From Actinomycetota bacterium (GTDB taxonomy: Bacteria > Actinomycetota > Actinomycetes > S36-B12): DNA of 64,000 nucleotides. Position numbers and translations under genes: made by a program. Where the stretch lies: contig JBJTBD010000021.1 of assembly GCA_046091195.1 (NCBI GenBank), forward strand, positions 3,545-67,544. Direction: 5' to 3'. Below are positions 8,363 to 17,555 of the stretch, one piece after another; within the stretch, counting starts at the first letter, position 1; each line of letters opens with the position of its first letter. A model generated the notes under the pieces. That model did not search any database. It worked only from the letters and a program-made list of their open reading frames with translations, and had not been told where the DNA came from.

Positions 8363-9145
8363 ATGTCCGAGAGGATCACGGTGGAGCGCCATGGCGCCAT
8401 AGCAACCATCACCCTCAATCGCCCTGATCGCTTGAACGCACTCGTTCCCGGGATGGGTGCGGAATACGTGGCCGCCCTCCAGGACGCGGACCTTGACCCC
8501 GCGATCCGAGGAATCCTGGTGACAGGGGCGGGACGCGGCTTCTGCTCCGGAGCCGATGTCGCAGTCCTCTAGGAAAGCCCTGACGCTCTGGAATCCTTCA
8601 TCACGGGCGTGGCGGACCTGCCCACGTACGTCTTCCACATGGGATTACCCGTCGCAACCGCGATCAATGGACCGTGCGCGGGAGTCGGTTTCGTCATGGC
8701 CGTCTGCGCCGACGCGCGGTTCGTGCACCCCGATGCGACACTGACAACCTCGTTCGCGCGACTCGGACTGGTAGCGGAGTACGGCGCTGCGTGGGTACTC
8801 CCCCGAATCGTCGGTCTTCCTGCGGCCACCGACCTGCTCTTGACGGGCCGCACCATTACGGGACGCGAGGCGGAATCCCTCGGCCTCGCGACCTGCACGG
8901 AGGATCCCGTCGATGCCGCACATCAATGGCTCACCTCGATCGCTGACCACAGTTCGCCGACGTCGGTCGCAGAGATGAAGGAGCAATTACTCAACGCATG
9001 GAGTCAGGATCTGGACACAGCAGCCGAGGACTCCCTGCACAGGATGAAAAACTCATTTCGCCGTCCGGATCTCTCGGAAGCGCTCACGGCGCGAGCCGAA
9101 AAGCGCCCGCCGAGGTTCGCTGACTACGGAAGAACGCCGCAATGA
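8363..9145 (+). pseudogene. enoyl-CoA hydratase/isomerase (crotonase) family gene interrupted by an in-frame TAG (8570-8572)
   Basis: Track ORFs 8351..8572 and 8609..9145 are in the same frame, and only a TAG separates them. The read-through translation is continuous: ..ITLNRPDRLNAL..VTGAGRGFCSGADVAVL*ESPDALESFITGVADLPTYVFHMGLPVATAINGPCAGVGF..LTGRTITGREAESLGL... This is a complete crotonase fold with both oxyanion-hole segments. Confidence 0.8.
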
Positions 9146-9651
9146 GCCAGGGCTGAACGCACGAGCCGACCCTGTCCGCCGGACATCTCACCCTGGAACT
9201 CCGCGCTCGCTGCTTGCTCCGGCCTCACCCACACGAGATCAAGGGCGTCCTGACTCGGGGCACACTCCCCGTCGATCGGAACGATGTAGGCGAGGGACAC
9301 AGCGTGCTGGCGGGGATCGTGGAAGCCCGTGACAACGGGATCGGGGAAGTATTCGACGATGGTGAAGGGCTGCGGGCTCGCCGGAATCCGGGGAAGGGCC
9401 ATGGGCCCCAAGTCCTTCTCGAGATGCCGAACGAGTGCGTCGCGAACACGCTCGCCGTAGAGGACCCGGCCGGACACCACGGCGCGGCTAATCGCACCAT
9501 CCGGCATCGCGCGCAGGAGCAGACCCACCTCGGTCACCATCCCTTGAACGTCGACACGCACGGGGACTGCATCAACGTAGACGATGGGCAGCCGTTCACG
9601 GGCTGTAGCCAGCTCCTCGTCCGAGAGCCACGTGGTGCGGGTGTCGAGCAT
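9124..9651 (-). CDS. NUDIX-like (DUF4916-type) protein
   Basis: 175 aa with LPIVYVDAVPVRVD...EVGLLLR...RAVVSGRVLYGERVRDALVRHLEKDLG. This resembles the NUDIX-fold DUF4916 family as I recall it. It overlaps the 3' end of the crotonase gene by 22 nt in convergent orientation. Confidence 0.55.
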   Translation of the reverse strand: MLDTRTTWLSDEELATARERLPIVYVDAVPVRVDVQGMVTEVGLLLRAMPDGAISRAVVSGRVLYGERVRDALVRHLEKDLGPMALPRIPASPQPFTIVEYFPDPVVTGFHDPRQHAVSLAYIVPIDGECAPSQDALDLVWVRPEQAASAEFQGEMSGGQGRLVRSALAHCGVLP

Positions 9652-9742
9652 GGGTTCTCCGATTCCTCTGAAGCAATGCTTTCATCTCGGGCGGGTCACG
9701 CCTGTCTGGCGCGCGGACTGCCGGGAGCCGTACCCTGAGCGG

Positions 9743-10192
9743 GTGGCGACAACCCCCGCACGCGATGGGCGATCGCGTCCCGACGGGACTCCGTATCCGG
9801 CCGCACGCGACGAGGGCGAATGGCAGGCGCGTCTGGATCCGCAGGAGTATCACGTCCTGCGCGAAGCCGGGACCGAGGCCCCGTTCACGGGTGAGTACAC
9901 CGACACCGTGACACCTGGGGTCTACGAGTGCCGCGCGTGTGGTGCCGAGCTGTTCCGATCGGATGCGAAGGTCTCCTCGCATTGCGGCTGGCCCAGCTTC
10001 TACTCCCCCCTCGCGGGTGACTCCGTGGTCTACCTCGAGGACCGGTCCTTGGGCCGCGTGAGGACCGAGGTGCGGTGTGCCTCCTGCGGTGGCCACCTGG
10101 GCCACGTCTTCGAGGGCGAGGGCTACCCGACACCGACCGATCTCCGGTACTGCATCAATTCCATATCCCTCCGGCACGTCCCCGAGGCCTAG
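9743..10192 (+). CDS. msrB: peptide-methionine (R)-S-oxide reductase
   Basis: Motifs EYHVLREAGTEAPFTGEY, CRACGAELF, GWPSF, CASCGGHLGHVF and RYCINS. Both CxxC zinc motifs and the catalytic RYCINS are present. The start was trimmed to GTG 9743 because the track start overlaps the divergent NUDIX gene. Confidence 0.9.
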   Translation: MATTPARDGRSRPDGTPYPAARDEGEWQARLDPQEYHVLREAGTEAPFTGEYTDTVTPGVYECRACGAELFRSDAKVSSHCGWPSFYSPLAGDSVVYLEDRSLGRVRTEVRCASCGGHLGHVFEGEGYPTPTDLRYCINSISLRHVPEA

Positions 10193-10240
10193 CGGCGCGC
10201 CACCCCGGAGAGGGACCCCGGGCCGACCTACAGTGCCGGG

Positions 10241-10813
10241 GTGAAGGTCGTGGATGGTTCCACCCAACAGTTCGAGCGTGCCATCGGCGCCATCCGGGGC
10301 ATCGCTCCCCGTGCGGAGTTCGTCCTCGAGGAGACGCCGGCACCGCAGAAGCTGGCCCCGCACGCCCTCGCCATCACCGCGGAAATGGCCGACCTGGACG
10401 ACGACGCCGCCAGTGGAAGATTCGTCCTCCTGCACGATCCGGACGGCATTGACGAATGGGAAGGGACATTCCGTGCCGTCGTCTTCATCCGGGCGAACGT
10501 GGAGCCGGAGTTGGTCGACGATCCACTGATGGCAGAGGTTGTCTGGAGTTGGCTCACCGAAGCGATGCACGGGCTCGACGCGAGGCACATCGGTGGCACG
10601 GTGACCAAGAGCACGGGCGACTCCTTCGGAACCATGACCGGCAAGCGTCCCCAAGGGTCCATCGAGCTGCGTGCCTCCTGGACCCCCACCGGATCCCCAG
10701 AACCGGATCTGGGCGCGCATTTCCAGGTCTGGCTCGAGACCCTGGCCGTGGCCGCGGGACTCGCGCCGCTTCCTGCGGGTGTGGTGAACGTCGCCCAGCG
10801 CCGTCGTGGCTGA
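10241..10813 (+). CDS. DUF3000-family protein
   Basis: 190 aa with FERAIGAIRG...EETPAPQKLAPHALAITAE...GRFVLLHDPDG..WEGTFRAVVFIRA, consistent with my memory of DUF3000. The usual genomic partner, an RNase D/HRDC gene, lies immediately downstream. Confidence 0.7.
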   Translation: MKVVDGSTQQFERAIGAIRGIAPRAEFVLEETPAPQKLAPHALAITAEMADLDDDAASGRFVLLHDPDGIDEWEGTFRAVVFIRANVEPELVDDPLMAEVVWSWLTEAMHGLDARHIGGTVTKSTGDSFGTMTGKRPQGSIELRASWTPTGSPEPDLGAHFQVWLETLAVAAGLAPLPAGVVNVAQRRRG

Positions 10814-11999
10814 GGACGCGGAGCGACCGCGCGGCGATATGCCAGCGGTCATCAACTCCGATACCGACCTTCGCGCATGGTGCGCCAGGCTCGGCTCGGG
10901 AAGCGGTCCGATCGCGGTAGATGCGGAGCGCGCGTCGGGTTACCGATACAGCCAGCGCGCGTATCTGATCCAAGTGAAGCGTGAGGGAGCAGGAACCCTC
11001 CTCATCGATCCCATCGGCATCGCAGATTTCACCCCGCTGGCACAGGCCATGTCCGATGCTGAGTGGATCATTCATGCGGCGACACAGGATCTCCCCTGCC
11101 TCGCGGAAATCGGCCTGGTGCCCGAGTCCGTCTTCGATACCGAATTGGCGGGCCGCCTCTTAGGACGTGAGCGTGTGGGACTCGCTCCGCTGGTCGAGTC
11201 CGAACTCGGTGTGCACCTCGAGAAGGGCCACGGGGCCGCCGATTGGTCCAAGCGGCCCCTGGATCCTGCCCTCATTCGCTACGCAGCACTCGACGTGGAG
11301 TATCTCCTCGAGCTCCGCGACGTCCTCGCGAGTGAGTTGCGCGCCGCAGGAAAGTCACACATCGCCGACCAGGAGTTCCACAAACTGCTCGGCTTCCGGC
11401 CGAAGGAACCGGGCCCAGACCCCTGGCGTCGGACGTCGGGACTGCACAAAGCCCGTAAGCCCAGGCAGCTTGCGGTGGTGAGGGAACTCTGGAACGCACG
11501 GGATGAACTCGCCCGCACGACGGACACGGCGCCGGGACGCATCCTTCCCGACTCCGCACTGGTCGCCGCTGCCCAGTCCCACGCGACCACCCCACAGGAA
11601 CTGCTGGATTCCGATGGCTTCCACGGTCGCGGGGCGGCAAAGCATCTGCCTCTGTGGTGGGCAGCGGTGCGCAAGGGCCGAGACCTGCCCCACTCCGAGC
11701 TCCCCGTCGCCAGCCCACCCAGCGGTGGGCTCCCCCCACCGCGAGCGTGGGAGGAGCGCAATCCCGACGCCCACGCGCGGTTGATCGCGACCCGCGACCT
11801 TCTTGCGCGATTGTCGGAGGAACATGCGATACCCGTGGAGAACCTGATGACGCCCGAGCTCGTACGCAGCGTGTGCTGGGAGGGGCCGGCGGATCCGGCA
11901 GCTGCATTCCGGAGCGGCGGAGCGCGGGAGTGGCAGGTGGAGCTCGTGGCGCCCGCGCTCGCACTGGCATGGGCGGACACGGACGCTGAGGCCCGGTAG
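10806..11999 (+). CDS. rnd: ribonuclease D-like 3'-5' exonuclease with HRDC domain
   Basis: DEDD exonuclease motifs are present (IAVDAERASGYRY..AYLIQV; IHAATQDLPCL; YAALDVEYLLEL), followed by an HRDC-like segment (RELWNARDELARTTDTAPGRILPDSALV). The start is uncertain: GTG 10806 overlaps the DUF3000 stop, and ATG 10839 is an alternative. Confidence 0.75.
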   Translation: MAEDAERPRGDMPAVINSDTDLRAWCARLGSGSGPIAVDAERASGYRYSQRAYLIQVKREGAGTLLIDPIGIADFTPLAQAMSDAEWIIHAATQDLPCLAEIGLVPESVFDTELAGRLLGRERVGLAPLVESELGVHLEKGHGAADWSKRPLDPALIRYAALDVEYLLELRDVLASELRAAGKSHIADQEFHKLLGFRPKEPGPDPWRRTSGLHKARKPRQLAVVRELWNARDELARTTDTAPGRILPDSALVAAAQSHATTPQELLDSDGFHGRGAAKHLPLWWAAVRKGRDLPHSELPVASPPSGGLPPPRAWEERNPDAHARLIATRDLLARLSEEHAIPVENLMTPELVRSVCWEGPADPAAAFRSGGAREWQVELVAPALALAWADTDAEAR

Positions 12000-12031
12000 G
12001 TTACTGCCAAGTAACTTGACCGAGGAGAGCC

Positions 12032-13222
12032 ATGGGCCGAACAGTCACCGACGTCGTCTTCGTGGATGGGGCACGTACCCCCTTCGCCCGAGCCGGGAGC
12101 CTCTACAGCGAAACCCGCGCCGATGACCTTGTCGTCAAGGTGATCCAGGAGCTCCTCCGTCGTAACCCCCACCTACCGGTCGAGAGGATCGACGACGTGG
12201 CGATCGCGGCAGCGACGCAGACGGGCGATCAGGGGATGAACATCGGTCGCTCTGCTGCGCTGCTTGCCGGCTTGCCACCGTCGGTCCCGGGCTACTCCAT
12301 CGATCGTTGGTGCGCAGGGGCCATGACAGCTGTCACCACGCTCGCGGGATCGATCATGTCGGGGGCGTACTACATTGCTCTCGCCGGCGGCGTTGAGCAC
12401 ATGACACACCATCCGATGGGCGAGGGAATCGATCCGAATCCTCGCTATCTCGCCGAACGACTCGTGGACCCCGAGGCGCTCCTGATGGGTAAGACAGCCG
12501 AGAATCTGCACGACCGGTTCCCGCACCTCACGAAGGCCCGGGCCGACGCGTACGCGGTGGGATCGCAGGAGAAGACCGCGAAGGCGTACGCGAATGGATG
12601 GATCCAGGCGGATCTCGTGCCCGTGGCCGCACGCGCACAGGATCTCGGCTGGACGATGGTGACAGCCGATGAAGGACCTCGTCCGGGGACCTCCCTCGAG
12701 GGCCTCGCCGGGCTGCGAACTCCGTTCCGGCCCCATGGTCGCGTCACAGCGGGTAACGCGTCCGCGCTCACGGACGGAGCTACCGCTGCTCTCCTCGCCT
12801 CAGATGACGTGGCTCGCGAACTAGGGCTGTCCCGAAAGATGCGCATGGTCGGATACGCCTTCGCTGGCGTCGAGCCGGAGGTGATGGGTGTGGGACCCGT
12901 GCCCAGCACGGAGAAGGCCTTGAAACGTGCCGGTATGACGATCGAGGACATCGACCTCTTTGAGATCAACGAAGCGTTTGCCGTGCAGGTACTCGCCTTC
13001 CTGGATCATTTCGGCATCGATGATGAGGATCCACGGGTCAACCCCCTGGGCGGGGCCATCGCGGTCGGGCATCCCCTCGCCTCGTCGGGAATCCGGCTCA
13101 TGACCAACCTGGCCAAAGACTTCGAGTTGAACCCCACCGCTCGATTCGGGATCACCACGATGTGCATCGGACTCGGCATGGGTGGAACCGTGATCTGGGA
13201 ACGCGTCGGAGGCAACTCATGA
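12032..13222 (+). CDS. fadA: acetyl-CoA C-acyltransferase (thiolase)
   Basis: 396 aa. The active-site context IDRWCAGAMTAV, the NASALTDGA motif and the C-terminal GITTMCIGLGMG are typical of degradative thiolases. Confidence 0.9.
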   Translation: MGRTVTDVVFVDGARTPFARAGSLYSETRADDLVVKVIQELLRRNPHLPVERIDDVAIAAATQTGDQGMNIGRSAALLAGLPPSVPGYSIDRWCAGAMTAVTTLAGSIMSGAYYIALAGGVEHMTHHPMGEGIDPNPRYLAERLVDPEALLMGKTAENLHDRFPHLTKARADAYAVGSQEKTAKAYANGWIQADLVPVAARAQDLGWTMVTADEGPRPGTSLEGLAGLRTPFRPHGRVTAGNASALTDGATAALLASDDVARELGLSRKMRMVGYAFAGVEPEVMGVGPVPSTEKALKRAGMTIEDIDLFEINEAFAVQVLAFLDHFGIDDEDPRVNPLGGAIAVGHPLASSGIRLMTNLAKDFELNPTARFGITTMCIGLGMGGTVIWERVGGNS

Positions 13223-15315
13223 GTGCGAACACACTTGGCTTCCCCGACGAAGTTGTCACGCACGCGCGCGTGCGAACCTTCGAACTCCCGGACGGGACCG
13301 GAACGTTCGGGCTCATCACGCTGGACAACGACCGGGATCACACGCGTCCGAGCACCTTCGGTCCCGAGGGTCTGCGGTCACTCGCGGACGCTGTGGATCA
13401 GGTCTCGGCCATCCCGGGGATCGTCGGGCTCGGCGTCACAGGTAAGCCCTTCATCTTCGCTGTGGGAGCCGATATCTCTGCACTGGGCACCGTCGGCGAC
13501 CGAACACTGATCGAACAGTTCGCCCGTCTCGGCCACGATGTTCTACGAAAGTTCGGCGAACTCCCCTTCCCCACCTTCGCCTTCGTCAACGGCGCCGCGA
13601 TGGGGGGCGGGATGGAGCTCGCCCTCCACTGCACGTACCGCACGGTCTCGACAGGCGCCACGGGCCTCGCACTCCCCGAGGTGTTCCTGGGCCTCGTCCC
13701 GGGATGGGGTGGCTGCTATCTGTTGCCACACCTCATCGGTCCCGAGAAGGCCCTTCAGGTGATGGTGTCGAACCCGATGAATCTGAACAAGCAGTTGACT
13801 CCGGCCGCCATGGTCGACCTAGGCATGGCGGATGCCCTGTTCCCGCCGTCGGAGTTCCTCGAGCGCAGTGTGGCCTGGGCCGCAGACGTGATCTCCGGCC
13901 GCGTGACTGTCGCACGACCCTCGGTCGACACCGATACCTGGCAGGCCATCGTGGACGCCGGTCGTGCCACGGTCGATGCACGGATTCATGGGGCCGCGCC
14001 GGCTCCCTACCGCACCCTCGATCTCGTGGCCGCAGCTCGCACACGGACTCGTGATGAAGGCTTTGCCGCGGAAGACGAGGCGATCGCGGACCTGGTCATG
14101 GACGATGAGATGCGCGCCAGCATCTATGCATTCGACCTCGTCCAGCGGCGGGCGAAGAAGCCGGCGGGCGCACCGGATCCCGCGCTTTCGCGTCCCGTCA
14201 CGAAGGTGGGGATCGTCGGAGCTGGGCTCATGGCGTCCCAGCTCGCCCTCCTCTTCGTGCGTCGCCTCGAGGTCCCAGGGGTCATGTCCGACATCGATCA
14301 GGAGCGCGTCGACAAGGGTGTCGGGTATGTGCGAGCAGAGATCGAGAAGTTGAAGTCGAAGGGGCGCATCAGCGCCGACAAGGCCAATCGCCTCATTGCA
14401 CTCGTCAGCGGTCAGGTGGGACTCGAGGGGTTCGCCGGCTGTGACTTCGTCATCGAAGCCGTTTTCGAGGAGATCGGTCTCAAGCAGCGAATCTTCGCCG
14501 AACTTGAGACGGTGGTGTCCCCGGAGTGTGTCCTCGCGTCCAACACGTCGACGCTCTCTGTGACGCAGATGGGACAGGGGCTGCGCCACCCGGAGCGTGT
14601 GGTGGGGTTCCACTTCTTCAATCCTGTCGCGGTCATGCAACTGCTCGAGATCGCTCGCACGCCTGAGACCGACGATGCGACCCTGGCAACCGCCTTCTCG
14701 GTCGGCAGGTCGCTCAAGAAGTCCTGCGTCCTGGTCAAGGACGCCCCCGGCTTCGTGGTGAATCGACTGCTGATCCGCTTCCTCTCGGAGATAGCTCGGG
14801 CGGTCGACGAGGGCTCCAGTTTCGAGGACGCAGACGCCTCCATGGAGCCGCTCGGTCTGCCCATGAGCCCGTTCGTCCTGATCTCCCTTGTCGGGCTTGG
14901 TGTCGCGTCTCACGTGACCCACGCGATGCACGATGCCTTCCCGGACCGCTTCTACGCCTCCGAGAACCTCGATCGTCTCGCGTCCTCGGGTAAATCGGGG
15001 ATCTGGGTGTGGGGCGCCGATGGAACACGGTCACTCGACCCGGAGGCCGTGGCGCTCTTCCAGCAGGGGAACACGCGCTCCACGCCGGAGCAGATTCGTT
15101 CTCGGGTGCTCGATGCACTCGCGGACGAGTGCCAGCGCATGCTTGACGAGGGCGTGGTGGGTCAGGCGCAGGACATCGATCTGTGCATGATCCTCGGGAC
15201 CGGATGGCCGTTCTGGCTCGGCGGCCTGACGCCCTATCTCGACCGCACCGGGGTGTCGGAACAGGTCACGGGGAAGCGATTCCTGACTCCGGGGATCGCG
15301 TCAGTCCCTCGGTAG
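13219..15315 (+). CDS. fadB: 3-hydroxyacyl-CoA dehydrogenase / enoyl-CoA hydratase fusion (FadB-type)
   Basis: ATG 13219 overlaps the thiolase stop (ATGA). The N-terminal crotonase part has [23 protein letters not shown]. This is followed by a Rossmann motif ([14 protein letters not shown]) and HFFNPV of the 3-hydroxyacyl-CoA dehydrogenase part. Confidence 0.9.
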   Translation: MSANTLGFPDEVVTHARVRTFELPDGTGTFGLITLDNDRDHTRPSTFGPEGLRSLADAVDQVSAIPGIVGLGVTGKPFIFAVGADISALGTVGDRTLIEQFARLGHDVLRKFGELPFPTFAFVNGAAMGGGMELALHCTYRTVSTGATGLALPEVFLGLVPGWGGCYLLPHLIGPEKALQVMVSNPMNLNKQLTPAAMVDLGMADALFPPSEFLERSVAWAADVISGRVTVARPSVDTDTWQAIVDAGRATVDARIHGAAPAPYRTLDLVAAARTRTRDEGFAAEDEAIADLVMDDEMRASIYAFDLVQRRAKKPAGAPDPALSRPVTKVGIVGAGLMASQLALLFVRRLEVPGVMSDIDQERVDKGVGYVRAEIEKLKSKGRISADKANRLIALVSGQVGLEGFAGCDFVIEAVFEEIGLKQRIFAELETVVSPECVLASNTSTLSVTQMGQGLRHPERVVGFHFFNPVAVMQLLEIARTPETDDATLATAFSVGRSLKKSCVLVKDAPGFVVNRLLIRFLSEIARAVDEGSSFEDADASMEPLGLPMSPFVLISLVGLGVASHVTHAMHDAFPDRFYASENLDRLASSGKSGIWVWGADGTRSLDPEAVALFQQGNTRSTPEQIRSRVLDALADECQRMLDEGVVGQAQDIDLCMILGTGWPFWLGGLTPYLDRTGVSEQVTGKRFLTPGIASVPR

Positions 15316-17208
15316 GGCAACCGCCTCGTCGCTTTCCGCGTGGCTCGCCATGTGCTCCACGACCGCACGGGCAACGTCCTGGGCAGTCAGTCCGATAGCG
15401 GCGAGAACTTCACTGCGCTTGGCATGGTCCAGGAACTGCGAAGGGATCCCGAACGTCATCACGGGCACGCTACTTCCAGCGTCGCGCAAGCGCTGCCCAA
15501 GTGCCGACCCGATGCCACCCTCGCGCACACCATCTTCAAGCGTGACCACGAGTTGCGCGTCCGCTGTGCATGCGATGAGGTCGTCCGATAAAGGGCGAAC
15601 CCATCCAGGGTCGATGACCCGCACACCGATTCCCTGGGCGCGTAGCCGATCGGCGACCTGCACCGCCGTCGTAGCCATCGAGCCGATACCCAACACGACC
15701 ACTGCACTGTCGCCGCTCTCATGTAGAACATCGACGGACCCCTGCGACCGGACTACAGGCATATCCTCGCCAATGGCACCCTTGGGGAAGCGGATGACAG
15801 TGGGCCCATCCGACACATCTACCGCCTCGCGAAGCAACCTACGCAGCGTCGCCGCATCCCTGGGACAGGCGATCCGGAGACCCGGCACGATCTGCAACAG
15901 AGCCATGTCCCACATCCCGTTGTGACTGGCGCCGTCATCACCCGTGACACCTGCGCGGTCGAGGACGAACGTGACACCTGCGCGATGCAGGGCACAATCC
16001 ATCAGCACCTGATCGAATGCGCGATTGATAAACGTGGCGTAGACAGCCACGACCGGATGGAACCCGCCGAAGGCGAGCCCCGCTGCGCTGGTTACGGCGT
16101 GCTGTTCGGCAATCCCCACGTCGTAGGTTCGAGTGGGGAATCGACGCGCGAAGGGTTCGAGTCCGGTGGGTCCCAGCATCGCCGCCGTGATCGCAACGAC
16201 GTCGGGACGAACCTCGCCGATGCCTACGAGGGTCTCCGAGAACACCGATGTCCAGGTGGGTCCCGACACGGTCAACGGTGTGCCCGTGTCCGGATCGATC
16301 ACCCCGACGCCGTGGAAGCGGTCCGCCTCATCGTTCTCCGCGGGTGCGTAGCCTTGCCCCTTGTGCGTGATCACATGAACGATGACCGGTGCCCGGAAAT
16401 CCCGGGCGCGCGTGAGCGCGAACTCAACCTCCGCCTCGTCATGCCCATCGATCGGTCCGATGTACTTCAGCCCGAGATCCTCGAACATGCCCTGCGGAGC
16501 CAGCATGTCCTTCGCACCCTTTTTGACACCATGCAAGGCTCCGTAGAGATGTGAGCCGATAACCGGCGTGCGCTGAACGGCGGACTTGCCCCATTGCAGG
16601 ACGCGCTCGTACCCCCGTGTGGTGCGCAAGGCGGCGAGGTGGTGTGCAAGTCCACCGATGGTCGGACTGTAGGACCGGGCGTTGTCGTTGACGACGATGA
16701 CCATCGGTCGGATGCTGGCGGCAATGTTGTTCAGGGCCTCCCACGCCATGCCACCGGTGAGTGCGCCGTCGCCGATCACAGCCACCACGTGCCGCTGTGA
16801 CGCCACTCCCCGGAGCGACCAGGCTTTGGCGATTCCATCGGCGTAGGACAGCGCGGTGGACGCGTGGGAGTTCTCGACCACGTCGTGTGGGCTCTCCGAT
16901 CGGCTGGGATAACCCGATAACCCCTCGCTCTGCCTGAGGCGATCAAAGCCCTCGACCCGCCCCGTCAGGATCTTGTGCACGTACGCCTGGTGCCCGGTGT
17001 CCCAGATGATGATGTCCTCGGGGGATCGGAACACGCGGTGGAGGGCAATCGTCAGTTCCACCACGCCCAGGTTGGGACCGAGGTGACCACCCGAGGCGGA
17101 AACTTTGGCTACGAGGAATTCGCGGATCTCAGCGGCGAGATCGTCGAGTTGGTCCGGACTCAGCGCGCGCACATCGCGCGGGTCCCTGATCCCCTCCAAC
17201 AGCCCCAT
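15301..17208 (-). CDS. dxs: 1-deoxy-D-xylulose-5-phosphate synthase
   Basis: 635 aa with [51 protein letters not shown] and transketolase-like C-terminal domains. It overlaps the fadB 3' end by 15 nt in convergent orientation. Confidence 0.95.
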   Translation of the reverse strand: MGLLEGIRDPRDVRALSPDQLDDLAAEIREFLVAKVSASGGHLGPNLGVVELTIALHRVFRSPEDIIIWDTGHQAYVHKILTGRVEGFDRLRQSEGLSGYPSRSESPHDVVENSHASTALSYADGIAKAWSLRGVASQRHVVAVIGDGALTGGMAWEALNNIAASIRPMVIVVNDNARSYSPTIGGLAHHLAALRTTRGYERVLQWGKSAVQRTPVIGSHLYGALHGVKKGAKDMLAPQGMFEDLGLKYIGPIDGHDEAEVEFALTRARDFRAPVIVHVITHKGQGYAPAENDEADRFHGVGVIDPDTGTPLTVSGPTWTSVFSETLVGIGEVRPDVVAITAAMLGPTGLEPFARRFPTRTYDVGIAEQHAVTSAAGLAFGGFHPVVAVYATFINRAFDQVLMDCALHRAGVTFVLDRAGVTGDDGASHNGMWDMALLQIVPGLRIACPRDAATLRRLLREAVDVSDGPTVIRFPKGAIGEDMPVVRSQGSVDVLHESGDSAVVVLGIGSMATTAVQVADRLRAQGIGVRVIDPGWVRPLSDDLIACTADAQLVVTLEDGVREGGIGSALGQRLRDAGSSVPVMTFGIPSQFLDHAKRSEVLAAIGLTAQDVARAVVEHMASHAESDEAVALPRD

Positions 17209-17231
17209 GGCCCTCCTTATCCCTTACGAGT

Positions 17232-17555
17232 CTAGGTCGACCTCCGGTCGAGAGCGCGTCGGACCTGAGCTACCTCGCGCTCCACCGTGAGCAGGTGCGC
17301 CCCATAGGACTCCAGGGCGGTGTGCACCCGGGTGAGGAGCGGCTCCTGGAAGCGGGTGCGGGCCTCCCGGTAGGCCTGTCGGGCACCTGCCCGGGCACCC
17401 TCCATGTGGTGTGCGACAGCCCAGGCGAGGGCGGCGACATCTCCTCGGAGGGTCGACGTGCGCCACTCCGGAGGTGAGCGGTCCAGAAGCCATCGCTCCG
17501 CATGTTCGAGAAACTCAGGATGTCCCGCATCCACCAGATCGCGTGGCCACGTCAC
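17232..17555 (-). CDS. hypothetical protein (107 aa), translationally coupled to acn
   Basis: GTG 17555 overlaps the acn TGA (GTGA). Third-position GC is consistently high along the ORF. No family recognised. Confidence 0.55.
   Translation of the reverse strand: MTWPRDLVDAGHPEFLEHAERWLLDRSPPEWRTSTLRGDVAALAWAVAHHMEGARAGARQAYREARTRFQEPLLTRVHTALESYGAHLLTVEREVAQVRRALDRRST

Noticed and set aside
8040-8572. TAG reassignment (pyrrolysine or a sense codon) as an explanation for the two in-frame ambers
   Set aside because: By my hand count, roughly 27 of about 64 CDS in this window end at TAG with normal-looking C-termini, for example lexA, sigA, nrdJ, dut and msrB. Several TAGs are shared by convergent genes. 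I saw no pyl-like genes or tRNA(CUA) in the window.
6735-9651. A tRNA-Leu-adjacent genomic island, which might explain the cluster of odd small ORFs and pseudogenes
   Set aside because: There is no integrase, recombinase or transposase. No direct repeat of the tRNA 3' end is visible downstream. There is no obvious compositional shift by eye.
17234-17243. The 10-bp perfect palindrome AGGTCGACCT just upstream of dxs, plus other short palindromes: CGAATTCG at about 4160, CGTGACTATCACG at about 29250, and the stop-to-stop hairpin GGCCTGattCAGGCC at 5358-5372
   Set aside because: These are short enough to occur by chance. Most overlap coding sequence or stop codons. No second copy or obvious promoter context was seen, so I do not call them regulatory sites.
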